Source of the DNA: an uncultured delta proteobacterium
Lineage (GTDB): Bacteria; Desulfobacterota; Desulfobaccia; Desulfobaccales; 0-14-0-80-60-11
Assembly (NCBI GenBank): GCA_963812015.1
Contig: CAWETI010000003.1
Location: 224,001 to 288,000 of the forward strand
Length of the DNA: 64,000 nucleotides
Direction of reading: 5' to 3'
Numbering within the stretch: position 1 is the first letter of the stretch; each line of letters opens with the position of its first letter. Positions 50,817 through 62,130 of the stretch are shown in pieces. Under the pieces are notes generated by a model. That model was not told the DNA's origin. It worked only from the letters and a program-made list of their open reading frames with translations, and did no database searches. The position numbers were made by a program, and so were the translations under genes.

Positions 50817-51866
50817 TTATAAAATCAACATACAATCGCCATAACTATAAAACCGATAACCTTTTTTCACCGCCGCCGCATAGGCCCCCAAGATCAGCTC
50901 CCGGCTGGCGAAGGCGCTCACCAGGAGCAGCAGCGTGGATTTGGGCAGGTGAAAGTTGGTGAGCATCCGTTCCACGGCCTTGAATTGATACCCGGGATAG
51001 ATAAAGAGGTCGCACCAGCCCTGCTGGGCCGTGAAACCCTGGGGCGAGGCGCAGGCCTCCAGCACCCGGACGCTGGTGGTGCCCACCGCCACCAGGCGTT
51101 TTCCGGCCGCCCGGGCCGCGTTGAGGCGGGCGGCCGCGGCTTCGGATAAGGCAAAATATTCCGGCAGCATCCGGTGCCGGGTATAGTCCTCCACGCGCAC
51201 CGGCATGAACGTCCCCGGCCCCACGTGGAGGGTGAGGCGCACGATTTCGACCCCCCGCCGGGCCAGGTCTTGTAACGCCGTCTCGGTGAAGTGGAGCCCG
51301 GCGGTGGGACAGGCCACGGCCCCGGCCTGGGCGGCAAAGACCGTCTGGTAGGTGTCCCGGTCAGCCGCCGCCGCAGCGCGGTGGATATATGGCGGCAGGG
51401 GCACTTTCCCCGTCCCCAGCACCGCCCCTACCACATCGCCGCCGGGGGCGCTGAAGCGTACTTCCGCCACCCCAGGTTGAGGCAGGGCGACGATTTCCGC
51501 GGCCAGGTCCGCCCCGAAATTCAGGATTTGGCCGATCTTCAAATGCCCCCGGTGCGTGGCCCGGGCCCGGGCCGCCTGGGGGACGGCGCCGTTGCCCTCG
51601 GGCTCCGGCAGGTGGTGGAGCAGGAGTTCCACCTTGCCGCCGCTGTCTTTATGGCCCGAAAGGCGGGCCGGGAAGACCCGGGTGTCGTTGACCACCAAAA
51701 CGTCGTTTTCATCCAGGCAGGCGGGCAGCTCCTTAAAGTCGGCATGGCGGATCTCGCCCCCGTCCCGCCGGAGCACCAGGAGTCGGGACGCGTCCCGCCG
51801 GGCCAGGGGGTATTGGGCCACCAGCTCCGGCGGCAGACAGTAATCGTAATCCTCGATCCGCGGCAT
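50817..51866 (-). CDS. queA: S-adenosylmethionine:tRNA ribosyltransferase-isomerase
   Basis: 'YDYCLPPELVAQYP', 'NDTRVFPARL', 'PLPPYI', 'PTAGLHF', 'TNFHLPKSTL', 'YRFYSYGD'. Confidence 0.98.
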   Translation of the reverse strand: MPRIEDYDYCLPPELVAQYPLARRDASRLLVLRRDGGEIRHADFKELPACLDENDVLVVNDTRVFPARLSGHKDSGGKVELLLHHLPEPEGNGAVPQAARARATHRGHLKIGQILNFGADLAAEIVALPQPGVAEVRFSAPGGDVVGAVLGTGKVPLPPYIHRAAAAADRDTYQTVFAAQAGAVACPTAGLHFTETALQDLARRGVEIVRLTLHVGPGTFMPVRVEDYTRHRMLPEYFALSEAAAARLNAARAAGKRLVAVGTTSVRVLEACASPQGFTAQQGWCDLFIYPGYQFKAVERMLTNFHLPKSTLLLLVSAFASRELILGAYAAAVKKGYRFYSYGDCMLIL

Positions 51867-51937
51867 GTCAGGGCTACCTGGAATTATTACCCGGAGCAGC
51901 AAATGGGTTGCACCAGGTTTTTATAACCTGAATGAAT

Positions 51938-52027
51938 ATCCCCCTAAATCCCTCTTTTTCAAAGGGGGACTTTCTAAGCGATTCCGCAAAATCCCCCCGT
52001 TTGACAAAGGGGGGATAGGGGGGATTT
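51938..52027. repeat. palindromic repeat family B
   Basis: ATCCCCCTAAATCCCTCTTTTTCAAAGGGGGACT...GGGGGATTT; matches 16269-16360. Confidence 0.8.
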
Positions 52028-52175
52028 GTCTTAGGGTTCAGGTTTTAAGAGAAGTAATCTATATAAATGCTCCAATTAATAATCTCCAAGGCCGGGTCCG
52101 TCGCGGCGCCGCCGGGGAGACGGCGCAATTGACGGCGGGAGGCGCATTTGATAAGTTTAACCCAGCCATTTTTTC

Positions 52176-52868
52176 GTGCAAGGACCGAGACCTACCGTGA
52201 CCCTTAAAATAGTGCTGACGACCATGGCGTTGCTGGCCTGCCTCTGGCCGCTCTCGGCCACCGGGGAGATCACCCCGGAAGCCGTGATGACTCGGGTGCA
52301 GGCTCAATATGACAAAGCCGGGGGCTTCCAGGCCCGCTTTCTCCAGGATTCGCGCCTCAAGGCGGCCGGCGCCTCGGATTCCGCCGCCGGGTGGATGTAT
52401 TTTAAGAAACCGAGCCGCATGCGCTGGCAGTACGAGACCCCGCCGGAACAGAAAAAGGAGATCGTTTCCGACGGCCGGCTGGTGTGGATGTATATGCCCG
52501 CCGACAGCCTGGTCATGGTCTATAAGCTGGACCAGGTCATGCGCTCGGACCTGGTGATGCGGTTTTTTTCGGGGATGGGCCAATTCCAAAAAGACTTCAC
52601 CATCTCCTGGCAACGCCCGCCCCAACCGGGCGCCAGCTTCGTCATCGACCTGTTTCCCAAAAAAGAGCAGCCGGAGCTCAAGCGCCTCACCCTGACCATC
52701 AACCCGGACAGCTATCTGGTGGAGAAGCTGGATTTCACCAATGCCCTGGGAGAGGAGAGCCGTTTCACCTTTACCCAGGTGAAGCTGGAAGTCCCCTCGG
52801 GTCCCGACTTTTTCACCTTTAAGCCGCCCCCGGGGGTTCAGGTGGTTCGGGAGACTCCGGGCTCGTAA
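52176..52868 (+). CDS. lolA: outer-membrane lipoprotein carrier LolA
   Basis: Signal peptide, 'FKKPSRMRWQY', 'IVSDGRLVWMY', 'FTFKPPPGVQV'. Start 52176 or 52197. Confidence 0.88.
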   Translation: MQGPRPTVTLKIVLTTMALLACLWPLSATGEITPEAVMTRVQAQYDKAGGFQARFLQDSRLKAAGASDSAAGWMYFKKPSRMRWQYETPPEQKKEIVSDGRLVWMYMPADSLVMVYKLDQVMRSDLVMRFFSGMGQFQKDFTISWQRPPQPGASFVIDLFPKKEQPELKRLTLTINPDSYLVEKLDFTNALGEESRFTFTQVKLEVPSGPDFFTFKPPPGVQVVRETPGS

Positions 52869-52970
52869 CCCGGCTGGATGGCTTAGGCCCTTGAAGGCGT
52901 CAGGCCTTGCGCCCCTCGGTGGCATTGATCTTACGTCCACCGCGGAAGTCTAGACTTCAAAAAGCGAACC

Positions 52971-53885
52971 ATGGAATATTCCGAATCGCAACAAGAGGTG
53001 CGGCGCTGGCTGGAACGGCGCCGGGGAATTCTCCTGGCCCACAACTACCAGCCGGGAGAAATTCAGGATGTGGCCGATTTTCTGGGGGACTCCCTGGCCT
53101 TATCCATGACCGCGGCCAAGACCCCGGCTGAGGTCATCGTGTTTTGCGGGGTCCATTTCATGGCGGAGACCGCGGCCATCCTGTGCCCGGACAAGACGGT
53201 CCTCCTGCCCCGGCAAGATGTGGGCTGCTACATGGCCGCCACCATCACCCCGGAGCAGCTTAAGGCCCGAAAAGCCGAGCTTCCCGGGGTGCCGGTGGTC
53301 ACGTATGTTAATTCCACCGCCGCGGTCAAAGCCGAGAGCGATATTTGCTGCACGTCGGCCAATGCCATCCAGGTTGTCAATTCTTTGACAGCCTCCCGGG
53401 TCTTGATGGTCCCGGACCGCAACCTGGCCCTCTATACGGCCCGGCGCACCACCAAGGAAGTGCTCTACTGGGAGGGTTGCTGCAACGTTCACGACGCCCT
53501 GACCTCCGCCGAAGTCCAGGCCTGCCGGGCCACGCATCCCAACGCGGTCTTTTTGGCCCATCCCGAATGCCGTCCCGAGGTCCTGGAACTGGCCGAGGCG
53601 ATCCGCAGCACCAGCGGCATCCTCGAGTACGTGCGCCGGTCAGAGGCCCGGGAATTCATCATCGGCACGGAAATGGGCATTCTCCATACCTTGCGGAAAG
53701 AAAACCCGGATAAACTTTTTTATTCCCCTTCCTCCCGCCTCGTCTGCCCGGATATGAAGCGCATCACTTTGGCGGACGTCATTGCCGCCCTCAAGGACAA
53801 CCGCTACCAGGTCACCGTGCCGGAGGAAGTCCGCCGGCCCGCCTTGCTGGCGGTGGAGCGCATGCTGGCCGTCCCCCGGGATTAG
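52971..53885 (+). CDS. nadA: quinolinate synthase
   Basis: 'LAHNYQ', 'GDSL', 'FCGVHFMAET', 'YVNS', 'CTSANA', 'HPEC', 'CPDMK'. Confidence 0.97.
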   Translation: MEYSESQQEVRRWLERRRGILLAHNYQPGEIQDVADFLGDSLALSMTAAKTPAEVIVFCGVHFMAETAAILCPDKTVLLPRQDVGCYMAATITPEQLKARKAELPGVPVVTYVNSTAAVKAESDICCTSANAIQVVNSLTASRVLMVPDRNLALYTARRTTKEVLYWEGCCNVHDALTSAEVQACRATHPNAVFLAHPECRPEVLELAEAIRSTSGILEYVRRSEAREFIIGTEMGILHTLRKENPDKLFYSPSSRLVCPDMKRITLADVIAALKDNRYQVTVPEEVRRPALLAVERMLAVPRD

Positions 53886-54031
53886 CGGTTATTCCGGCGG
53901 TGAGGCGCTCTGCTCTGCCCCCGCACCCCTTTGCCCTCCTCCGGCCGGGAAAGTCTCGCCTTGCTGACCAATTGGCCCGTTTCTTGCTCATTAGCCAATC
54001 AATTACTCGCGCCCAACCGGGAAGCATTGGC

Positions 54032-54304
54032 ATGCACAGGCAAGAGGCGGGATTGTCTCCCTACTACGATAACCTCAGGCATTTCCTCCATGATCTGGCC
54101 CAGCCCCTGTCCACCGTCGCCGGCCTGGTGGATCTTTTGCTGCTGGAGCTGGATGAACGGGACAAGGTATTCCAGGAAATTCAGTTGATCAGCCAGCAAC
54201 TGGAGAAGGCGATGCAGATTATCGGCGAGATTCGCCGGCTCGCCCAGGAGGCCGCCGAACATGAGACGAGAACCCTAAACTCTCCCCAGGCCCCCCTGTC
54301 TTGA
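54032..54304 (+). CDS. small stand-alone HisKA (DHp)-like protein
   Basis: H-box-like 'FLHDLAQPLSTVAGLVDLL' followed by a second helix; 90 aa; no ATPase domain. Confidence 0.65.
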   Translation: MHRQEAGLSPYYDNLRHFLHDLAQPLSTVAGLVDLLLLELDERDKVFQEIQLISQQLEKAMQIIGEIRRLAQEAAEHETRTLNSPQAPLS

Positions 54305-54423
54305 AGTTCTTGTAGGCTGACCTGGCTCCGGCCGGTCTCTTAAATTAGAGCAATTGCCAAAAGTTCTTTCCACTTATCCCCTCTCCCCTTCACCATGGCT
54401 TCCGGCCCCGGAGCCTTTGGCCC

Positions 54424-54452
54424 TTGCTAATCCCGCCAAAACTCCCTATCAT
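54424..54452 (+). promoter_or_regulatory. putative sigma70 promoter upstream of ligA
   Basis: TTGCTA, 17-nt spacer, TATCAT. Confidence 0.45.
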
Positions 54453-54492
54453 GGTAACCATGGGACCAGCGGCACGGGTTCCGGCCGGGTAA

Positions 54493-56936
<2,444 letters not shown>

Positions 56937-56967
56937 AGGGAGATGAATGAGAAGTGGAGGAACCGGC

Positions 56968-56995
56968 TTGACAGTCAACCTCTATCAACTATAAT
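56968..56995 (+). promoter_or_regulatory. consensus sigma70 promoter of the toxin-antitoxin operon
   Basis: TTGACA, 16-nt spacer, TATAAT; the -35 lies within the palindrome TTGAC-A-GTCAA (possible operator). Confidence 0.75.
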
Positions 56996-57030
56996 GGTCA
57001 TATCAGCCATAACAATTAAACGAGAAGGCG

Positions 57031-57474
57031 ATGGCCATGCTTAAAAAAATTTCCGCCATGAAGGCCCGGCAGAATTTGGGTCAACTCTTAAATGAAGTCT
57101 CGATCCGGGGAGACTCGTTTATCATCGAACGGGCCGGTAAACCTTTGGCGGCCCTGGTTGACATGGAAAGATTCCAACAATTACAAGAGGACCAAGACGC
57201 CGCTCTCCAGGCGCTGAAAAAGGTGTGGGAGAAAATGGCCGGAGCGGAAGCTCAGGATATCCAGGCAGCCTTAGAGGAGGCCGAGATGATTGCCAAGGAT
57301 GAGAATCGCCCTAGGAGCGAACTCATTCGAGAAGCACTCCGGCGTTATGTTGCCGAAAGGGAACTCATGCGTCTGCAACGCTACGGCATGAAAAAGGCCA
57401 AAGAGCTTGGCTTAAAAATGGAGGACGTTCAGCGCTTAATCGATGAGTATCGAGCCGAACAAACCTATGCTTAA
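57031..57474 (+). CDS. type II antitoxin: Phd/YefM domain fused to a CopG/RHH-like segment
   Basis: N-terminal 'ISAMKARQNLGQLLNEV..IIERAGKPLAALV'; C-terminal 'AKDENRPRSELIREALRRY'. Confidence 0.82.
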   Translation: MAMLKKISAMKARQNLGQLLNEVSIRGDSFIIERAGKPLAALVDMERFQQLQEDQDAALQALKKVWEKMAGAEAQDIQAALEEAEMIAKDENRPRSELIREALRRYVAERELMRLQRYGMKKAKELGLKMEDVQRLIDEYRAEQTYA

Positions 57475-57883
57475 AGTAGTGCTTGATACCAATGTTATCG
57501 TTTTTGGCTTAAACTTTCAAAAGAGCAATCCTGCCAAAATTTTGCTTTTGATGGCTTCGGGAGAGATAGCCAACCTTACTTCTGGACATATACTCAATGA
57601 AACGAAACGTATTCTGGTCGATAAGTTTTTCTGGACACTGGAAGAAGCTGGCGCGGCTGAGGTTTGGCTAAATAATTTCTCTACGTCAGTCAACCCCAAA
57701 AACCGAATTGCAGTTATTGCTGATGATCCGGACAACCGAATTCTGGAATGTGCCATAGAAGGTCAGGCTGACTTTATCATTTCGGGGGACCATCATCTTA
57801 CCGACCTGGAAAATTATCAAGGAGTCAAGATCGTTGAGCCGGCTACTTTTTTGGCATTCATGACCAGGCTCGATGAAGCATAA
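57467..57883 (+). CDS. PIN-domain toxin (VapC-like)
   Basis: 'VVLDTNV', 'DDPDNRILECA..ADFIISGDHHL'; overlaps the antitoxin stop. Confidence 0.92.
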   Translation: MLKVVLDTNVIVFGLNFQKSNPAKILLLMASGEIANLTSGHILNETKRILVDKFFWTLEEAGAAEVWLNNFSTSVNPKNRIAVIADDPDNRILECAIEGQADFIISGDHHLTDLENYQGVKIVEPATFLAFMTRLDEA

Positions 57884-57891
57884 CCCCTTTT

Positions 57892-57959
57892 TCATCCTGA
57901 AGGAGTGAAGGCTCTCAACTTATTTAATACAATAGATTCTTCGCTGCGCTCAGAATGAC
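57892..57959. repeat. degenerate palindromic repeat family D (TCATCCTGA..GAAG / AGATTCTTCGCTGCGCTCAGAATGAC)
   Basis: Imperfect inverted arms directly downstream of the PIN gene. Confidence 0.5.
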
Positions 57960-58036
57960 CATGCTTCTACAAAAAGAGGTTTTGTACCAGCTTCTCAGCA
58001 TACATCGTTTGGTGAAATCCATTCGGGAGGAACTTC

Positions 58037-58471
58037 ATGGCGGCAACGGAACCGGCGACTTCCGGCGACCTGGTGTTCAAACCCTGCGGTCGCGCGTTTT
58101 TTGTCTATTACGTGGCCTTGATTCTGGTGGTTCTGGGCCCCCGGCTCAACCCCGCGGTGGGACTGCCCGTCTGGTTGGGGACCCTGTTGGGGGTCATCAT
58201 CCTGGCCGCGGTGGTTTACCAGAAATACGGCCATGAGTACCGGGTCACTTCCCTGGGGGTGGCCAAGGTCAGGCGCTGGCCTTCTCCCCGGCTCCAGGAG
58301 ATCGCCTGGGAGAACCTGGGGGAGATTCTGGTGCTCCGGGGCTTGACCCAGACCATGCTCCAGGTGGGTAATCTCGCCTTCGAGGATAAAGCCGGGGAGC
58401 CCGAGATGTTCTGGTACGGGTTGCTCAACCCCAAAGATATTAAAGACCTGATCGACGGGAAGCGGCCGTGA
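58037..58471 (+). CDS. membrane protein with bacterial PH (bPH_2-like) domain
   Basis: Two TM segments, then 'EYRVT', 'RGLTQTMLQVGNL', 'GLLNPKDI'. Confidence 0.75.
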   Translation: MAATEPATSGDLVFKPCGRAFFVYYVALILVVLGPRLNPAVGLPVWLGTLLGVIILAAVVYQKYGHEYRVTSLGVAKVRRWPSPRLQEIAWENLGEILVLRGLTQTMLQVGNLAFEDKAGEPEMFWYGLLNPKDIKDLIDGKRP

Positions 58472-59160
58472 TGGAACTGGAAGAGGGGTGGGGGGCGGAA
58501 GCGGCTGTGGCCGAACCGGACTCAACGCTTCCGGTGCCCTGGGAAGATCCGGGGTTATCCGGGATGGTGGGGTTTTTTCGCACTCTCCGGGACGTCCTGT
58601 TTCATCCGCAGGAATTTTTTGGGAACCTGGGTCGGGAAGGCTGGGCCGAACCGTTGGCCTTTGCCCTCATCGTGTCCAGCGCCGGGTTGCTGTGCGCCCT
58701 CTTTTGGCACCTCTTGGCCCTGGCCCCGGCTGGCCTGAACCCGGAGGACGCTGCCGGCCTGTCTCCTGCCCTGGGTCTGGGGCCGGGCGCGCTGGTGGCC
58801 ATGATGGCCGGCGCACCGCTCCTGGTGCTAGTTAACCTAGGAGTGGGCGGCCTTTGCTGGTGGGGGAGTGTGGCCCTGGTGGGCGCCGGCCGGGATTTTA
58901 TCCCGACCTGGCGGATATTCTGCTATGCCCAGGGGGGTATGGCCCTGGCCTTCATTCCGTTCTTCGGCATGTTCGTGGCGGGAATCTGGGTCCTGGTCCT
59001 GATGTATCACGGGGTGAAGCAAGTCTACGGCCTCTCCGCCTGGGGCTCTTTGGGCGCTCTGGCCGCCTTTCTGTCGCTGCAAGCCTTGCTGGCGATGACC
59101 CTCTTACTGGGCCTGGCGGCCGGCTTGGCCTTCCTGGGATGCCTGCTGCTGCTGGGCTGA
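58471..59160 (+). CDS. Yip1-family membrane protein
   Basis: 'PVPWE..GFFRTLRDVLFHPQEFF', multiple TMs; TGATG coupling with the upstream gene. Confidence 0.78.
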   Translation: MELEEGWGAEAAVAEPDSTLPVPWEDPGLSGMVGFFRTLRDVLFHPQEFFGNLGREGWAEPLAFALIVSSAGLLCALFWHLLALAPAGLNPEDAAGLSPALGLGPGALVAMMAGAPLLVLVNLGVGGLCWWGSVALVGAGRDFIPTWRIFCYAQGGMALAFIPFFGMFVAGIWVLVLMYHGVKQVYGLSAWGSLGALAAFLSLQALLAMTLLLGLAAGLAFLGCLLLLG

Positions 59161-59394
59161 AGCGGCCTGGGCCGCCTGGGCTTCCCGCCGCTTCCGCCTT
59201 ATTCTCAAGCCGTGGGCGACCCAACCGATGGCCAATCCCACCGTCAGGCTGATGTAAGCCAACAAGAACGTGGGCAGCTCGCCCAAGAGAAATTTAAAGA
59301 CCTTGATCGGCGGCGCCGGCTGGGAGTTTTCAAAGGCAAAGTCCACCAGCACCACGGCCAGGATGATCAACAATACCACCTTGATCTTACTCAT
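59104..59394 (-). CDS. LapA/DUF1049-like small membrane protein
   Basis: 'VDFAFEN' between two TMs; basic cytoplasmic tail; overlaps the convergent Yip1 gene by 57 nt. Confidence 0.7.
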   Translation of the reverse strand: MSKIKVVLLIILAVVLVDFAFENSQPAPPIKVFKFLLGELPTFLLAYISLTVGLAIGWVAHGLRIRRKRREAQAAQAASAQQQQASQEGQAGRQAQ

Positions 59395-59413
59395 GGGCGC
59401 CTCTCTTGTGCAC

Positions 59414-59767
59414 TCACTCTTTCAGGTAACGTTTCACCACGGCCTTGAGATCCTCCAGATCCGAGGACTTGACCAGGTACTCGTCTGAGGCCCAGGTGGC
59501 AAAATCCTGCTTATACTCTCCATAGGCGGTACTCAGGACTACGGGCAAATCCGGCCGCTTTTCCTTGATCTGTCTCAGGGCCTCGATGCCGTCCATTTCC
59601 GGCATTTTGATGTCCAGGATGACCAGGTCCAGGGGAATTTTATCCACGACTTCCAGGGCTTCCCGCCCGTTGGCAGCCTGATAGACTTCGTAACCCTCTT
59701 CTTTCAGTTCTTCGCTATAGAGGAGGCGAATGCTCATTTCGTCGTCCGCCACCAAAATCTTCTTCAT
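59414..59767 (-). CDS. single-domain response regulator
   Basis: 'ILVADDE', 'ILDIKMPEMDG', 'STAY', 'YLVKS'. Confidence 0.93.
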   Translation of the reverse strand: MKKILVADDEMSIRLLYSEELKEEGYEVYQAANGREALEVVDKIPLDLVILDIKMPEMDGIEALRQIKEKRPDLPVVLSTAYGEYKQDFATWASDEYLVKSSDLEDLKAVVKRYLKE

Positions 59768-62124
59768 TAGCGTCCTCCTGTAGGGGCCTTGAGCACGCTG
59801 GCGGGAACGGCGCCCTGGCCCACATCTTTAACGAGACAATATTTAGCCACCGGCAGGGTGACGATGAAAGTCACGCCTTTGCCTATTTCGTTGTTGACTT
59901 CGATCTGACCATAGTGGCGGGAAACGATCCGTTGGGCAATGGCCAGACCCAGGCCGGTGCCATAATCCTTGGTGGAAAAAAACGGGTTGAAGATATTGTG
60001 CAGCACTTCCATGGGGATGCCGGCCCCGGTGTCGGAGATCGCCGCGGCGGCATAGAGACCGTCCGGCCTCTCCACCGGGTAGGTGCGAATGGTCAGGGTG
60101 CCCCCGTGGACCATGGCCTGCATGGCGTTCTGAAAGAGGTTGTAAAAGACCTGCTTCATCTGCCGGTCGTCGCAATGGAGCCGGGGCAACTGGGCAAATT
60201 CCCTTACCACCTTGATTTTATAGGCATCCAGGTCTCGCTGGACCAGAATCAGGGTATCATCGATGAGCTTGGCCAGCTCGTGGTCGCCGTAGTAGGACAG
60301 ATTTTCCCCGGTGAAGTCCAGGATCTCACGGAGGAGCTTTTCCAGCCGGGTCACTTCCTCCTGGATGACTTCCACGTATCCCCGGAGGGGCGAATTCGGT
60401 TCCACCAATTTGGCGATGCGCCGGGCGAAGCCGCCGATGGAGACCAGGGGGTTGCGGATTTCGTGGGCCATGCCCGAAGCCAGGCTGCTCAAGGCGGCCA
60501 GGCGGTCCGACTCCAGCATCCGCTCCCGGATGAGGAGTAATTCCCGGTTGTTGGTTTCGATGGTGGAGTAGAGGTGGGCATTCTCCAGCACCAGGGCGGC
60601 CTGGGTGGCAAACATCTGGAGGGCGTGGAGGCGCTCCGACTCCAGGGGCCGCCCGGAAGCCTGGTTGTCCACCAGAATCACCCCGGTGGCCCGGTCTTTC
60701 ACCACCAGGGGCACCACAAAAAATTCCTGGGCCGCGTACCTGCTCGAGAGGACGGCGGGCACTCCCGGCTCCTTGTTCGTCTGATGATGATAGGGGAGCT
60801 TCCGCAGGACTGCCAGGGCCAGGGGGCCCTGATCCACCCGGAGGGGGATTTCCCACTCATCCATCGGGATCATCTCCGCTGGCGGCAGCTGCAGGGCCTT
60901 GAGGGTGGGAAGGTCCCGGGTGACGGGACTGCGACAGGCGCCTTTCGCGCCTCTCAAGGTTTGCGTGGCTTCATCCACCATCAACACCACCGCTCGATCA
61001 AATCCCAGGCCGTGCTCCAGGGTGAGGCCCTGGAGGATGATCTCCTGGAGCCGCACCTCCTGCACCGACGTCAGCATAATCTCGGAGATCTCTTGCAAGG
61101 CGGTGAGATTTCGGACCATGCGTTCGTTCTTTTCCGCCAGGTCCTCTACCTGTTGATAGGTGAGGGCATTTTCGATGGCGTTGATGATGACGCCGGCCAT
61201 GGTGAAGAGCAACTGGCGGTTTTCCGGATCAAAGGGGAGGTATTCGCCGTTGGGGTTGAACTTGTCGTACACCCCCAGAGTCCCCGTCAACTGCCCCTTG
61301 AAGGTGAGGGGCACCGCCAGGCAGTAGTGGGTGTGGCCGGCCGCATCCGTCGATTCTCCTTCAAAATAGGGGGGTTCTCCGGAACCGGCGCCGGGGGGCA
61401 TCGTGGGCAGGGCCGGGCATGCCGGGGGAATCTGCCCATAGCGGGACGAGACCCGGGGCTCACCGGTGGTGGCATCAACAATGTGGAGGGCTGCACCCCG
61501 GGCGGTGATGACCTTGGCGGTGGTGCCCACGATGCGCTCCAGGAGTTCATCCAACTCCACGGTGGAAGTGAGGGCTTTGCCCACCTCGAACAGCACCGAC
61601 AACTCGGCGATGCGCTTCTTGGCTTCTTCCTGGACGATGGCCTGTCGCAGGGCGGCAGCCAGCATCAGGCAGGTCAACTCGATGTTCTGGCGCTCGGCGG
61701 GGGTGAAGGATCGGTCCTGCCGATCCACCAGGATCAAGACCCCGTAGAGAAAATTATCATCGGCCACCGGAAAGGCGGCCAGGGTCTGATAGGCGGGATG
61801 GAGTTTTTCCAGGGGGGCATTGGCCTCCACCACTCCCGGTTGCTGGCGGTGGACGACGGCAATCTTGCGGGTGCTGGCCGTTTCACCCACCAGCCCCTGA
61901 CCCACGGGAAATTCCAGGCGCAGGTGGGGCGGGACGGGCCCCTGGCTGCTCACGTTGAGGAACAGGGTCTCCCGGGCTTTGTCCAGGCCGAAATAGAGAG
62001 CCAGGTCCACCTTCAGGTGGCGGCCCAGGAGGTGAACCATGTTGTTGAGCCGTTCCCCAAAGCTGACGGTAGAGGTGAGCACCTCCACCATTTGGGTCAA
62101 GAACGCGGCACGATCCGAAGCCAT
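59767..62124 (-). CDS. GAF-domain sensor histidine kinase
   Basis: Three GAF-like regions; H-box 'AHEIRNPL', 'NLFQNA', 'DTGAGI', 'FNPFFSTK', 'GTGLGL'. Confidence 0.95.
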   Translation of the reverse strand: MASDRAAFLTQMVEVLTSTVSFGERLNNMVHLLGRHLKVDLALYFGLDKARETLFLNVSSQGPVPPHLRLEFPVGQGLVGETASTRKIAVVHRQQPGVVEANAPLEKLHPAYQTLAAFPVADDNFLYGVLILVDRQDRSFTPAERQNIELTCLMLAAALRQAIVQEEAKKRIAELSVLFEVGKALTSTVELDELLERIVGTTAKVITARGAALHIVDATTGEPRVSSRYGQIPPACPALPTMPPGAGSGEPPYFEGESTDAAGHTHYCLAVPLTFKGQLTGTLGVYDKFNPNGEYLPFDPENRQLLFTMAGVIINAIENALTYQQVEDLAEKNERMVRNLTALQEISEIMLTSVQEVRLQEIILQGLTLEHGLGFDRAVVLMVDEATQTLRGAKGACRSPVTRDLPTLKALQLPPAEMIPMDEWEIPLRVDQGPLALAVLRKLPYHHQTNKEPGVPAVLSSRYAAQEFFVVPLVVKDRATGVILVDNQASGRPLESERLHALQMFATQAALVLENAHLYSTIETNNRELLLIRERMLESDRLAALSSLASGMAHEIRNPLVSIGGFARRIAKLVEPNSPLRGYVEVIQEEVTRLEKLLREILDFTGENLSYYGDHELAKLIDDTLILVQRDLDAYKIKVVREFAQLPRLHCDDRQMKQVFYNLFQNAMQAMVHGGTLTIRTYPVERPDGLYAAAAISDTGAGIPMEVLHNIFNPFFSTKDYGTGLGLAIAQRIVSRHYGQIEVNNEIGKGVTFIVTLPVAKYCLVKDVGQGAVPASVLKAPTGGR

Positions 62125-62130
62125 GAAATC

